DNA of 64,000 nucleotides from Candidatus Latescibacterota bacterium (GCA_965226795.1 CBDDDZ010000004.1:800001-864000), one strand, 5' to 3'; positions 7,570-18,835 are shown, numbered from the stretch's first letter. The notes: generated from the sequence alone by a model not told the origin. Made by a program: numbers and translations.

Positions 7570-10380
7570 CTAGCCCTGGCCCTGCACTATTTTTTTCTTC
7601 CGCCGCCGCCGTTTCGGTTTCGCCTTAGCAGCAAGCGGCGCAACCATTTTTTCGTATAGCCCGAGCAGATGTTCCACGCGCTCGCGCTCGGAGGCGAAGC
7701 CGCTACGTCGGTACAGCCTATCGACGGCGCGGTCCAGGACCTGGTGTGCTTTGCGGAGGTCGGGTGGCATGAGGTCTGGGTCGTACAGGTCAGCAAGTGT
7801 CGCTCCAAGATGATTCGCGCGAGTGGATAGAACGGCCTCGGTATGAGGAGCGAGACGTTCGAGGCGTTCTGACGGAACCGGGGGCAACGGATAGGTGTTG
7901 TACACGAGACCAATTGAGTAGCGAAGATCGCTCTTTAGTCTCCCGCCGATATAGCGTATCCAGCTTACGTGCATCGCCGAAGTTAACAGGGCAAATAGAG
8001 ATTTGGTCGCCGCTTCTACTACCTCTACTGCATCGCTTGGAATGGTAGGTGGTTCCATCCATGCGATCGGGACGTATTCCCGTCGTTCTGAACTAACCCT
8101 CGGTACGACCAAGAATGGTGTGGTGGGAATGACATTTACGTGGTAGAGCTTTGGCGTCAATGCGAGTGACTGGGTTGGCTTACTCCTGCTCGCCAATCTA
8201 TAGGCTCGGACGGCGGCGATCCGCTCTCGAACTTTCGGCAGGGCCTTTAGCACCTGCGGCGGCGCGTCGGCTAGATGCAATATCCAACGTTCTCCACCCT
8301 GCAGGAACTCGCGGCTACCCACGAAGGGTCGCAGATAGGGCTCGGCACCCGGTTCTTCGGCCAGAAAAGTGTCGCGTTCGTCCACCTTGAATATGTAATG
8401 GCCGCCATCAATGGGCTTTGAGCCAATAATCAGTCTTGGAAGCCCATTCAAAGGAAGGCTCGACTCCCTTACCACGATTCGTGGATCGCTCAATCCTCTT
8501 GCGTCGAAGAGGTAGGGTGAAAGCGCCGTGTGTTGGCTGTGCTGCGGATCGCTCTTAGGCGTATCGTAGGATAACAACCGTTTCAGTCTCGGTGCATCAT
8601 CCCGTTTGACCAAGCCGATAATCACCACGTGAACGTGCGCCATGCCGCGTGCGTCCGATCCCCACGCGAAGGTGCGGTGCGCGAAGGCGATTTCCAGTTT
8701 GTGGCGTTCGAAAAGAATCGGCCAGAGTTGCGCGACCTGTTCGCCCTGCGTGATGGAATTGGTGGCCACAAAACCGATTCGCGCCGGGCTCTGTTGCACG
8801 TATTCGCCGGCTTTGATGAACCACGCGGTGACGTAGTCAAGCGTGCCGCCGCTCTTTCCCAGCGCGGCGATGTTGCGCACTTGTTCACGCTGCTCGGACG
8901 ATTGAAACTTCGCACCGACAAACGGCGGATTGCCGAGCACGTAGGAACATTCCTCCGGCGGCAGTAATTCGCTCCAATCAAACTCGAGCGCGTCGGCCTG
9001 CCGAATATGCGGCGACTTCTCCAACGGAATACGCGCATAAGTCTGGCCGAATTCCAGGCTCAGACGGTTATTCATGATATGGTCCATCATCCATAGCGCG
9101 ACCTCGGCGATATGCGCCGGAAACTCCCCCAACTCAATTCCATAAAACTGGTCTACGTCGACCACCGAAAGCAACTCTGCGAAGGCGTCGACCTGGCCCC
9201 TTGGGCGAATCTCCTTGAGAACTTCGATTTCCAATTCGCGCAATTCCCTGTAGGCGATGATCAGGAAATTCCCGCAGCCGCAGGCTGGATCGAAGAAAGA
9301 CAGGTCACCGAGGCGCTGCTGAAAGGAGATCAGTTCGGGAATGCGACGCGTGTCGCGGCGCGCCTTCAGGCGTTGGAACTCCTCGCGCAGATCGTCGAGG
9401 AATAGCGGCTCGATTACCTTGAGGATGTTCTGCTCGGTGGTGTAATAAGCGCCCTGTCGGCGGCGTTCGTCCTTCTCCATTACGGACTGGAATAGCGAGC
9501 CGAAAATGGCTGGAGAGATAGCGGACCAATTGAAATGACAAGCATCAATGAGCCTCTGCCGCATCCGGGAGTCAAACGACGGAATGGGGAGCATGGAACG
9601 GAACAGGTCGCCGTTGACATAGGGGAATAGGGCGAGGTCTTCGTCGAGGGTTGTGGCGCGCCGGTCTTCGGGCGTATTGAGCACCTGGAACAATTGCGCG
9701 AGCCACCCACCCAGGTCTGAGCCGTCTTCCCGCGTCCGGCTTTCCAATAGGTCGAGGAAGATGTCACGCGGTTCGAAGATGCCGGTGTCGTCGGCAAAGA
9801 AACAGAAGACGATCCGGACGAGGAATTGTTCCAGGTCGTGGCCGATATAGCCGGAATCCGCCAGCGCGTCGTGGAGAAGGCCCACCCGCTCGGCCGCCTT
9901 AATGTTTACCGGGTCCTGATCCTTGAATGTCCGCTTCTCTACCCCAAGGATGAGTCCGAACTTTTCGACGTGTTCAGGCAGGTCAGCGAGGTTGAAAGCG
10001 ACTTTCCCGTTCTCGCCTTCGTCGAGGTCGTATAGCTCAAACGTTGCGAAATCGCTTAGCAGCATGTAGCGCGGCAGATCGTCGTCCTTGAGACCAGGAA
10101 AATAGGAGAAGGCCTGGTTCTTGGCCGCGATAAGATCCCGGCCGGCGCTCTTTTGCTCGACGATCAGGACACCCTTCCAGAACAGGTCGATAAAGCCACG
10201 CTTCTCCCCGAGGAGCTTAACGGGTTCCTCAAAAGAGGCCACCCGGCGCACGGGCACGCCGAAAACATCGAAAAAATCCCGGTAGAATAGCTGGGTCTGG
10301 CCCTTCTCGTAGCCTTCGTCCTTCCAGTCCTGTACGAACTTGGCGGCGCGGACTCGAATTTCATTCCACGATAGTCGCAT
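7570..10380 (-). CDS. MmeI/YeeA-family type IIL restriction-modification enzyme (N6A methyltransferase)
   Basis: MRLSWNEIRVRA, GFIDLFWKGVLIVEQKS, FDPACGCGNFL (motif I), GNPPF (motif IV), LADLYDPDLMP. Confidence 0.92.
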   Translation of the reverse strand: MRLSWNEIRVRAAKFVQDWKDEGYEKGQTQLFYRDFFDVFGVPVRRVASFEEPVKLLGEKRGFIDLFWKGVLIVEQKSAGRDLIAAKNQAFSYFPGLKDDDLPRYMLLSDFATFELYDLDEGENGKVAFNLADLPEHVEKFGLILGVEKRTFKDQDPVNIKAAERVGLLHDALADSGYIGHDLEQFLVRIVFCFFADDTGIFEPRDIFLDLLESRTREDGSDLGGWLAQLFQVLNTPEDRRATTLDEDLALFPYVNGDLFRSMLPIPSFDSRMRQRLIDACHFNWSAISPAIFGSLFQSVMEKDERRRQGAYYTTEQNILKVIEPLFLDDLREEFQRLKARRDTRRIPELISFQQRLGDLSFFDPACGCGNFLIIAYRELRELEIEVLKEIRPRGQVDAFAELLSVVDVDQFYGIELGEFPAHIAEVALWMMDHIMNNRLSLEFGQTYARIPLEKSPHIRQADALEFDWSELLPPEECSYVLGNPPFVGAKFQSSEQREQVRNIAALGKSGGTLDYVTAWFIKAGEYVQQSPARIGFVATNSITQGEQVAQLWPILFERHKLEIAFAHRTFAWGSDARGMAHVHVVIIGLVKRDDAPRLKRLLSYDTPKSDPQHSQHTALSPYLFDARGLSDPRIVVRESSLPLNGLPRLIIGSKPIDGGHYIFKVDERDTFLAEEPGAEPYLRPFVGSREFLQGGERWILHLADAPPQVLKALPKVRERIAAVRAYRLASRSKPTQSLALTPKLYHVNVIPTTPFLVVPRVSSERREYVPIAWMEPPTIPSDAVEVVEAATKSLFALLTSAMHVSWIRYIGGRLKSDLRYSIGLVYNTYPLPPVPSERLERLAPHTEAVLSTRANHLGATLADLYDPDLMPPDLRKAHQVLDRAVDRLYRRSGFASERERVEHLLGLYEKMVAPLAAKAKPKRRRRKKKIVQGQG

Positions 10381-10423
10381 ATAGTGCCTTCAATTTTATC
10401 GGTTGGTGGCGATTTTTGGCATC

Positions 10424-11197
10424 TCAGTTACAGTCTTCATTTACATCAGTATCGGTCAATAAACATCGTAGATAACTGAGTGTCGAAATGGCTTTGAGAC
10501 TGTTTGTTTGTGTCCCGTAGTCGACTGACTCGCCGTGTATCACCTGATGCCGATTTAGTCCGTCGAAAGATTCGCTACGCTCACGTTGGCTTATCCAAAG
10601 AGGCGCCGAGATTGTGAGAGGCGTCCACATCGCCTCCATGAATTCTTCGGATGCCACTTTTCTTATATAATCACAAGCGACAGTTTCTCGATCCTTTTTT
10701 CTGAACAAGATCTTCGTCGATGCCTCCCAAAAGATCCCATCACATTGTGCCAGCAAAACAGGTATCGAAAGATTGTATTTGCCTTCTCGATGGGCTTCGA
10801 ACGCGTCACGAAAAAGGTGGCTTCTCTTCGGATAGGACTGAGCGAGTTCCGACTCTATAGCATCTACTCGCGCCCGGAGAAAGTCGATTGCGATTGTTTC
10901 GGCTTGAATGGGGTCTTCGTTGGCCGCCTGCATGACTGGCAGCAGGTTGTCCAGGGGCATCCCCAAATCGGGGAACCATCCGATTTCTGCAAGCTTAGTC
11001 AAAGACTCTCGATCTATTTCGGGTTGTTTTTCCAACCACTCCAAGATTAGCACGGCATGAGGTGCAATCGCCTGCAATGTCTGATTGATCGTTTCTATGT
11101 CTTTCTCTAGCCGCGGAAACCGAGTGAGGAGCAAATCCGCGAAATGCTCAACTATAGTGTGATTCCGCTTATGGTGACTATCAGTCTGGCGCGCCAT
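10424..11197 (-). CDS. Hypothetical protein with HEPN-like Rx4H motif
   Basis: AFEAHREGKYNLSIPVLLAQCDGI...LNRHQVIHGES; start uncertain (11197 or 11230). Confidence 0.6.
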   Translation of the reverse strand: MARQTDSHHKRNHTIVEHFADLLLTRFPRLEKDIETINQTLQAIAPHAVLILEWLEKQPEIDRESLTKLAEIGWFPDLGMPLDNLLPVMQAANEDPIQAETIAIDFLRARVDAIESELAQSYPKRSHLFRDAFEAHREGKYNLSIPVLLAQCDGIFWEASTKILFRKKDRETVACDYIRKVASEEFMEAMWTPLTISAPLWISQRERSESFDGLNRHQVIHGESVDYGTQTNSLKAISTLSYLRCLLTDTDVNEDCN

Positions 11198-11474
11198 TGT
11201 CCGCGTTCCTCGGCGAAGGTTTCCTGTCAATTCAACCAGGACTCCCGCTAACGAGCCGCACTATTGATATCTTACGAACCTTAATCTGCAGATCACAGTT
11301 CGTCGGCAATTTCTTAAATCTACTTGATAAATGATCAGAGTCATTTGGAATATTCCTGTCCGATGTGGGGCTGAGATCAGAGGAACCGAATGGATGTAGA
11401 TCTCGATTCCTTCTCCACAGACTTTCGCGCCAGTGCCCCTCATCCCCGAGCCATCTAATATCGGAATCGTTATC

Positions 11475-12095
11475 CTATCTAACCCCTTTTCCTGAAAGCT
11501 TGAAGAGCGTCTCGATAAATCGTCTTGCATGGGGCGACGCATTCGCGACTTTCTCAGGGTCTATTTTAGCCAGGATCTCAAAACTGTGACGCCCTTTGTC
11601 ATAGCGGCCTTTCGAGGTACGACGCGTAGCCTGGCGAATTCTGTTGAGTACATCATTCTTGGCAACCTGCTCTATCTGTTGATTCGACGGGAGCGCGGTT
11701 TCCTGAAAGCCCTGGCCATAGTATTCATCAAGGGCCGAACGGTCCGCCAGAAACGATGATTCCATTGCTTGCACCATAAGGTGGCATTGTTCATCCGTCG
11801 TGCCGTCCGGGCGGTCCCAGTTATCAAGGTCCTTGACGTGTTCCCACGGCTCAGCTTTCCTGACCGGTGCCTCAGCGTCAACCAATAGCAGCGCAGTTTC
11901 ATTTTTTTTGGCTGCATCGCGATGTCTCGTCTTAAAGTCCTCGTACGCGTTCCTGCGACTGCCCGAGGCTACAATTTCGGGCATTGTTCCTTTCAACCCC
12001 GATTTCTCAATGAATTTCCGAAAACCCCTGCGGCACGCCCTTTTGAGCGCCCTGCTACTGCCTCCTCCTTCGACATAAAGCTTGATCTTCACCAC
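11475..12095 (-). CDS. DUF4276 family protein (Toprim/RloB-like)
   Basis: IKLYVEGGG, LLVDAE, HLMVQAMES, YDKGRHS. Confidence 0.85.
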   Translation of the reverse strand: MVKIKLYVEGGGSSRALKRACRRGFRKFIEKSGLKGTMPEIVASGSRRNAYEDFKTRHRDAAKKNETALLLVDAEAPVRKAEPWEHVKDLDNWDRPDGTTDEQCHLMVQAMESSFLADRSALDEYYGQGFQETALPSNQQIEQVAKNDVLNRIRQATRRTSKGRYDKGRHSFEILAKIDPEKVANASPHARRFIETLFKLSGKGVR

Positions 12096-13282
12096 CGATT
12101 CCCTCCAATCTCCCCTTTGACCCAGAGCTCGCCAAGTCGGTATTTTTCAAGCCACGGCTTGAGTTCGTCGGCGTCAAGACGGGCAAGTTGCGTCGCACCG
12201 TCCGATTTCTCGCAAACAATCACGGCCTCCGGAGTATCTGTGAGCGCGTCAATGAGAATGTCCGAATGCGTCGTGACAAAGATCTGGCTGCGGGTTGACG
12301 CCTCGACCAGAAGCTCGGCCACCTCCGGGATTACGTCCGGGTGCAGGCCTATCTCCGGCTCCTCAATGCAAACAACCGGCGGCGGATCGGGATTGCAGAG
12401 CACGGCCAGAAGGCACAGATAACGAAGGGTCCCGTCAGAAAGCCGCGTGGCCGGCACGGGATGTTGCAAGCCTTCCTCGTGAAAAAAAATCTGGACCGTG
12501 TTACTGTGTAGTGAGCTGCGCATATCCTCAATTGACGGGTGAAAGGCTCTCAAACGGTCCATAATCTGGCGTTTTGTAGGCGGCTGATTCAGCAAGCTGC
12601 TGAGAACAAGACCAATATTCGAAGCATCCTCCAGCAGGATGTCCTGCCGCATGTCGGCTTGTTGCGGTAGGCGGGGCGGCGTGGAGCGTCCGAAGTTCCA
12701 ATCACGATAAAAGTGCATACGTTCGAAAGCGTCAGCTATATAGGTTAATTCTGGATAGGTATTGGGATCGCGACGTTGCGAAAGAATCGACTGATCATGA
12801 CGTAACTCTTCCTGCGCGAGGCGTTGATAGGATCGAGTCTGGTCTTTCGACAATACGCTGAGCATCGCCCGTCCCGCCCGGTATCGGTAGAACACAAATG
12901 GCGCCTCATTTTTTTTTATTGGCTTCTCATTCTCGATTGCTTCTTCCAAGAGTTCGAACCGTGCCCCAATCTCGGTGAAGGACAGCCGGTACCTGAGCGG
13001 CTGTTTCGTCGGATATTCGATCGTTACGTCCACAATTGCCGTGCCCAGTCGAGGGGCTCCCTTCCAAAGCCATTCGTGAACGCCTCCCCCTTCCCGAATC
13101 GGTGCCTGTAGATCCCTGGTAGGCGCTGCGAGGAGCGATAACACTTCAATCAAGTTTGATTTTCCGGAAGCGTTAGGGCCAATGAAGACGTTTAACGGCT
13201 CCAGATGAAACGCTTCTTCCCAGGATCCGTAGGATAATATGTTGTCCAGACGGATCGTTCGAATCAACCTTTTGCCATCCAT
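12089..13282 (-). CDS. ABC/AAA ATPase (AAA_21-like)
   Basis: Walker A GPNASGKS, signature LSDGT, Walker B CIEEPEIGLHP, TTHS. Confidence 0.92.
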   Translation of the reverse strand: MDGKRLIRTIRLDNILSYGSWEEAFHLEPLNVFIGPNASGKSNLIEVLSLLAAPTRDLQAPIREGGGVHEWLWKGAPRLGTAIVDVTIEYPTKQPLRYRLSFTEIGARFELLEEAIENEKPIKKNEAPFVFYRYRAGRAMLSVLSKDQTRSYQRLAQEELRHDQSILSQRRDPNTYPELTYIADAFERMHFYRDWNFGRSTPPRLPQQADMRQDILLEDASNIGLVLSSLLNQPPTKRQIMDRLRAFHPSIEDMRSSLHSNTVQIFFHEEGLQHPVPATRLSDGTLRYLCLLAVLCNPDPPPVVCIEEPEIGLHPDVIPEVAELLVEASTRSQIFVTTHSDILIDALTDTPEAVIVCEKSDGATQLARLDADELKPWLEKYRLGELWVKGEIGGNRW

Positions 13283-13637
13283 AGAGCACTCCCCGCAGTT
13301 TCCCTTTCGGTGCCAATTACAAATGGAATCTTCGTCTTTCATCCGGATTATCACTGAATCGAAAAAATTAACTACGTTTCAATGCCAATCCCTGATTCTT
13401 GCACTGATTTATTCGATTAGCCGGAGGGTCTTGTGTACTTTCTGCAGAGCGCCGCTTCGGAATCCCGCAGAATCGATGGTGCGTTGTCGGACAGCAATTG
13501 CCGTCAACGTGCTTTATCGGCCATTTCCCATCGTTATTGACCGACAACTGACGTTGTGGGACATAAGTGGCCGACAAAATACTTTTTTGCCTACGGCGAC
13601 GTTTACCCGCATCCCAAATCGAGTCCACCCATCCCGC

Positions 13638-13700
13638 GTAGGGGCCTGCCTGCTGAAGCAGACGAGGCAGGCGGCAGACAGGCAACCCTTGGGGTTGCCC
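13638..13700. repeat. REP-like palindrome interrupted by a ~35-bp insert
   Basis: gtaggggc...ggcaacccttggggttgccc matches the uninterrupted reverse-orientation copy at 47226..47250. Confidence 0.5.
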
Positions 13701-13711
13701 TGGGTTCTCAG

Positions 13712-14131
13712 TCACTGCGGTTCCCAGGGATTGGTGACGTCAATGTCCAGGCCACTGAAATCCGCGACATTCCTCGTTGCAACCGATAAATCGTGAGCCC
13801 TGGCAGTTCCGGCAATGAGCGCATCCCCCAGGTCCAGCACCCGTCCGGCTCGATGCGCCTGTGTACGAAAGCAGGCCGCCCATTCTGCGCCCGCTCTATC
13901 GATTGGAAGAATGCGGTCCTGGTAATCCGTGATGAACCCGGACAGCACCGCGCGCAAGACGTCGCGACGTTGTCCATGAGGCAACATTTTCAAACCAAAC
14001 GCCAACTCATGCACGACCATCGCCGACACCCATAAGTCGTGCTGCTCAGCCAGGAATGCCATAACCTGCGAGTCCGGCACGCTCCCGGTCAGTTCGGAGA
14101 CCACGTTGGTGTCCAGGAGAAAGCCGCTCAC
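13712..14131 (-). CDS. vapC: PIN-domain VapC toxin
   Basis: FLLDTNVVSEL...DALIAGTA...VATRNVADF. Confidence 0.93.
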   Translation of the reverse strand: MSGFLLDTNVVSELTGSVPDSQVMAFLAEQHDLWVSAMVVHELAFGLKMLPHGQRRDVLRAVLSGFITDYQDRILPIDRAGAEWAACFRTQAHRAGRVLDLGDALIAGTARAHDLSVATRNVADFSGLDIDVTNPWEPQ

Positions 14132-14412
14132 CCCGTTCCTCCGTCGTCGAACGGAATCTCCCGCCGGGACGTTCTATCGCCAGGAATTTCGAGATTCGTG
14201 CCGCGCGGCATGTTGTCGATCAGCCACTGGCCAAGCGGTTTGCGCGGTGACGACTGAGCATTCCATACGTGCTCGGGCACCACAACAAAAGCCTTCCGCG
14301 CGCCGATACGCTGCGGGCCTTCCGCTTCGGAAAGACGAAGGATTTCAGACAACCGTGCCTTGGCCTCTGCGACAGTCCAGACCCGGCGTGGTTTGGGATA
14401 TTGGGTGGTCAT
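14128..14412 (-). CDS. Phd/YefM-family antitoxin
   Basis: WTVAEAKARLSEILRLSEAEGPQRI; GTGA overlap with vapC. Confidence 0.85.
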   Translation of the reverse strand: MTTQYPKPRRVWTVAEAKARLSEILRLSEAEGPQRIGARKAFVVVPEHVWNAQSSPRKPLGQWLIDNMPRGTNLEIPGDRTSRREIPFDDGGTG

Positions 14413-14629
14413 ATATTCTCCTATCGATGTCTTATAGTCCAATATAGACCACCTTAATCAGGAATTCAAGGGGTTTCATATCGGCTATCTATAAATATGG
14501 CCGATCCTCGACCGACGCGGATCGGCCAACCATATCTACGATGCGACCCGGCCGGTATCCTTGCATAAGATATCTTGTGAAAATCATAATAAATCTTATT
14601 ATCATCGCTTCAGACGTCTGGACGGCGGT

Positions 14630-17099
14630 TCAGGATGTCGGTCTTTCGCGGCCGGGATCGTAGAGGGGTTCGCGCGAGACCGTGGCGCGATGGCAATTGC
14701 CGAAGTATTCGATTTCTACGGATGCCCCCGGCTTCGCGTACTCCAGCGGCAGGTAGCCATACGCGATGAATCCGCCAACGGTGTACCCGTGATTGGCGCT
14801 GGTAACGTACCCGAGTACGCGGCTGCCGTCCAGTATGGGTTCTTTCCCCATCACAACCGCGTATGGATCGTCCAGGGTGAGGCAGCAGAGTTTCCGGGTG
14901 ATCCCCCGGTTCCTGATTTTGATCAGGGCGTCCCGCCCCACGAAGTCGCCCTTGTCGAGTCTGACGGCCCAGCCGATGCCGGCCTCGCAGGGGTTGTACT
15001 CCGTGTGAATATCCGTGCCCCCCAGGCGGTATCCCTTTTCAAGCCGGAGCGCGTCGAACGCGCCGCCGCCGAGCGCGACGAGACCGTGAGCGCGACCGGC
15101 CTCCCAGAGCGTGTCCCACAGGCGAAGCCCGAACTCGGAAGGCGCGTAGATTTCCCATCCCAGTTCTCCCACGTAAGAAATGCGCAGCGCAAGGGCGGGA
15201 ACGGGACCGATCCGGATCTGCCGTGCGGAAAAATACGGGAAGGCCCGGTTGGTCAGATCGTCGTTACAGACCCTTTGAAGGATCCCGCGGGCTTCGGGCC
15301 CCCACAGGCCCAGGCCGCAATACGTGGAGGTCACGTCGGCAATGTGAACGGCGCGTTCATCCCGGGCGTGGAGGGAAATCCGGGCCAGGTCCCGGGCTCC
15401 GGCCGCGCCCGTGAGGACCAGGAATCGGTCGGGAGCCAGCCGGGTAATGGTCAGGTCGGAGGCGATTCCACCCCTTGAATTGAGCAGGGCAGTGTAGATA
15501 ACCGTGCCGACCGGGCGGTCGATCCTGTTGGCGGCGATGCGTTCCAGATAATTCAGGGCGCCCTCGCCGGCAATTTCGATTTTCGTGAACGGCGTGAGGT
15601 CGCACAGCCCCGCGCGGCTCCGTGTGGCCCGGTGTTCGACCCCCTGAATGGGAGACCAGTATCGCGCCTCCCAGCCGCTTCGCGATGGCAGATCTTCATC
15701 TTTCAGCAGGGCGCCGTTGGCCTCGAACCACTGCGGGCGTTCCCAGCCCGCGCCTTCGAAGAACACGGCATCCAGTTCTTTCAGGCGCGGATGAAAAGGG
15801 CTGACGCGCAGGTTGCGCGGATGAAAAGGGCTGACGCGCAGGTTGCTGATCCATCTGTTCCAGCGGATGGATGATATCATAGACTTCGCGGTATTGCTGC
15901 GTCCCACGGGCTTCGACATAGTCCCTGGTGTGGACGTGCGGACCGAAGCGGTTGACATCGGCGTCCCGGAGATCGATTTCGGGCGCGCCGGATTCCATCC
16001 ATTCTACCACGGCCTGCCCGACGCCGCCGCCGTGCGTGATCCACACCGCTTCGGCAACCCAGAGCCCGCGAACGTCGACGGACTCCCCGAGAAGGGGCAA
16101 CCCATCCGGCGTGAAGGAGAAGAGGCCGTTGATCCTGTAGTCGAGCCCCGCGTGTTTCAAGGCGGGCAGAAGCTCGTCCGCCGCCTCTCTCGCCACCCTG
16201 AAGTGTTCGGGCGTGAAATCCATTATGGAGGGCGAGACCTTTGCTTCATCCGGGCTGGCCAGGTCGTCCGGACTCACCAGTAGCGGTTCGTGTTTGTAGG
16301 AACCGATGCCATACCGGTCGGCCTGCTGCCGGAAATACATGGCGTAGTCCTGGTGGCGCAGGATGGGATGGACGACCTCCCGGGTTTCTCCCGCCAGTTC
16401 CGGAAGCGGCTCGGTGAGGGCATATAGATGCTGAACGGGCGCGAGGGGAATGGAAATCCCCGCCATTCGGCCGAGGCGCGGCCCCCAGATTCCCGCGCAG
16501 ATCAACACCTGATCCGCGGCAATACGACCCCGATCGGTGTCAACCCCCCTGATCCGGCCGTTGGCGACCTCGATGCCCGTGACCGTGGTACTGCCGTGAA
16601 ACGTCGCGCCGGGTTCCGAGGCGCGGGCCATGGCTTCGCAGGCGCATACGGCTTTGGCAATGCCATCCGATGGCACATAGTACGCGCCATGGATTCGATC
16701 CGCATCCAGGAGGGGGAGTCTGGCTCTGGCCTCGTCGGGCGAAATGATGTAGGCTTCCAGGTTCCATGACCGGGCGGCGCCCAGTTTGCGCTTCAGGTCT
16801 TCCAGCCGTTCGGGCGTGTACGCGACTTCGAAGCTGCCGACAGGATAGAAGCACGGCTGGCCGTCCAGGTTCAGCGCGTTGTAGAGCGCAACCGCGTTTC
16901 GCGACAGATCGGTCATCATTTTCGAGAAGTTGGTCTGGAAAACCAGTCCGGGAGCATGGGAAGTCGACCCGCCGGTATCGAACAGCGGCCCCTGGTCCAG
17001 AACCACAATGTCCTTCCAGCCCAGCCGGGTGAGATGGTACACGGTGCTGCAACCGACGATGCCGGCGCCGATGACAACCAGGCGCGCGTGGGATTGCAT
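14630..17099 (-). pseudogene. GcvT-family FAD-dependent oxidoreductase (dimethylglycine/sarcosine oxidase-like), frameshifted near 15820-15845
   Basis: N-half VVIGAGIVGCS...GSTSHAPG and C-half GWERPQWF...LRISYVGELGWEIY are in different frames; a 25-bp templated insertion explains the shift. Confidence 0.88.
15785..15844. repeat. 2 x 30-bp tandem repeat
   Basis: gcgcggatgaaaagggctgacgcgcaggtt occurs twice in tandem. Confidence 0.95.
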
Positions 17100-17329
17100 G
17101 GTGGCCTCTCCGGTTATGCCGGTCAACGGAATCGCCCGCGCACCAGGGCGACTGAGATGCGCCCGGATTCGAATAAATCGCTTGACATTGATATAACAGT
17201 TGCTTTCTTTACAATCCTATCCGATACCTGGTTTTGGTACCCTAAAACGCGTTGGAAGGGTTTCGGTTACCGGAAAATTCCCGCTGCGCCGGAGCATCTC
17301 AACGAATCACAAGAATAAGGAGGTCTGCT

Positions 17330-17965
17330 ATGCCATTGCGATTGGGAGACGACGCGCCCGATTTCACCGCGCAGACGACAGAAGGTACGGTCCGCTTTCA
17401 CGAATGGCTGGGAGACGGCTGGGGCATCCTGTTCTCACATCCGGCCGATTTTACGCCGGTTTGTACCACCGAACTGGGCGTTGTGGCCAAGCTGAAAGCG
17501 GAGTTTGCGAAGCGAAACGTAAAGGTCATCGGGGTGAGCGTGGACCCGCTTGATTCCCATAACGGCTGGGTCAGCGACATCAACGAGACCCAGAATACCA
17601 CCGTAAACTTCCCGCTGATTGCAGATCCGGACAAAACCGTGGCCAGCATGTACGACATGATTCATCCGAACGTAGACGACAAGGCAACGGTACGGTCCGT
17701 ATTCGTAATCGGGCCGGACAAGAAGGTCAAACTGACATTGACCTATCCGGCTTCTACCGGAAGGAATTTCGCCGAAATTCTGCGGGTAATCGATTCACTG
17801 CAGCTCACGGCCTATCACCAGGTGGCAACGCCGGCCAACTGGGAAGACGGCGAGGATTGTATCATCGTTCCCGCGGTGACCGACGAAGAGGCAACCGAGA
17901 AATTCCCCAAGGGGTTTACGACTGTGAAGCCGTATTTGAGGTTTACCCCTCAGCCGAACAAATAG
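17330..17965 (+). CDS. 1-Cys peroxiredoxin (Prx6 class)
   Basis: FSHPADFTPVCTTELG, YPASTGRNF, VATPANW; AGGAGG RBS. Confidence 0.95.
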   Translation: MPLRLGDDAPDFTAQTTEGTVRFHEWLGDGWGILFSHPADFTPVCTTELGVVAKLKAEFAKRNVKVIGVSVDPLDSHNGWVSDINETQNTTVNFPLIADPDKTVASMYDMIHPNVDDKATVRSVFVIGPDKKVKLTLTYPASTGRNFAEILRVIDSLQLTAYHQVATPANWEDGEDCIIVPAVTDEEATEKFPKGFTTVKPYLRFTPQPNK

Positions 17966-18157
17966 CCGGAATCCGAACCGATACCTGTCAGCCTGCGATG
18001 CTCCTCCTTGAGAGATGCGTTGCAGGCTGTTTTTTTTTGGGTGCAGCGCATCTTCGGGTCAGCTGTCGAAGGGCGCCGCGTTTGGCGAGCCGGTTGTGGA
18101 CGCCGCCAATCCAGGGGCTTCTCCGGAAGCCGGAACATCCGTCCGGGTCGCCAGGTA

Positions 18158-18835
18158 TTATGAGACGAGTCCGCTTATGTCTTGCAGGCTGGATATTTCG
18201 TAGTGAGGCTCTGGAATGCGCGGTTTAAGTGCTTCACCGTTACGGTTCAGCCAGGCGACCTTGATGCCCGCCCGCCGCGCGCCGACAATGTCGTCGTCCT
18301 GGGAATCGCCCACGTAGAGGGTTTCCTCGGGGCGGCTGCCGATCAGGCGCAGGCCTTCGTGAAAGATTTCCGGCGCCGGCTTGTAGGAACGGGCGGACTC
18401 GGAACTGACGACCACGGGAAACGCCAGGTTGTTCCTCCTGAGTGCGCGGTTCAGATGGTCGTCATCCGCATTGGATACCACGCCCGTTCTGAACGATTCC
18501 AGTCCGGCCAGCGCGGGCTCGACGTCTTCGAAGATGGGCACATTGGCAAATGCGGCGAACAGGCCGTCGGTGTAGTGTTCGAAGGAAACTCGTCTGCCGA
18601 GGTTCTCGAACGTCTGTCCAAGGCTGATGAGATGCGCCTGCCGCATGGTGTAAAATGTATCGCCCTGAATGAGCGGGAAAAACGACCGGTCCCAGGTTTC
18701 AAAAAAGTCCTGTCCGGACATGCCGACGTCCTGTTCATCGACGATGCGGTCACACAGGGCATGGAGTTTTTCCATGGCGCCCGCAAGGAGGGTTTCGTAA
18801 GCGTCAAATAATATGGTGGTGATACCGTTCGACAT
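18158..18835 (-). CDS. HAD-family hydrolase
   Basis: LFDAYETL, VVSN, YKP, YVGDSQDDDIVGA. Confidence 0.9.
   Translation of the reverse strand: MSNGITTILFDAYETLLAGAMEKLHALCDRIVDEQDVGMSGQDFFETWDRSFFPLIQGDTFYTMRQAHLISLGQTFENLGRRVSFEHYTDGLFAAFANVPIFEDVEPALAGLESFRTGVVSNADDDHLNRALRRNNLAFPVVVSSESARSYKPAPEIFHEGLRLIGSRPEETLYVGDSQDDDIVGARRAGIKVAWLNRNGEALKPRIPEPHYEISSLQDISGLVS

Noticed and set aside
1..14450. Integron cassette array (all genes co-oriented)
   Set aside because: No recurring attC-like palindromes in the intergenic gaps, no integrase, and many genes overlap directly
15785..15844. Programmed ribosomal frameshift in the GcvT gene
   Set aside because: The shift is fully explained by a 25-bp duplicated insert
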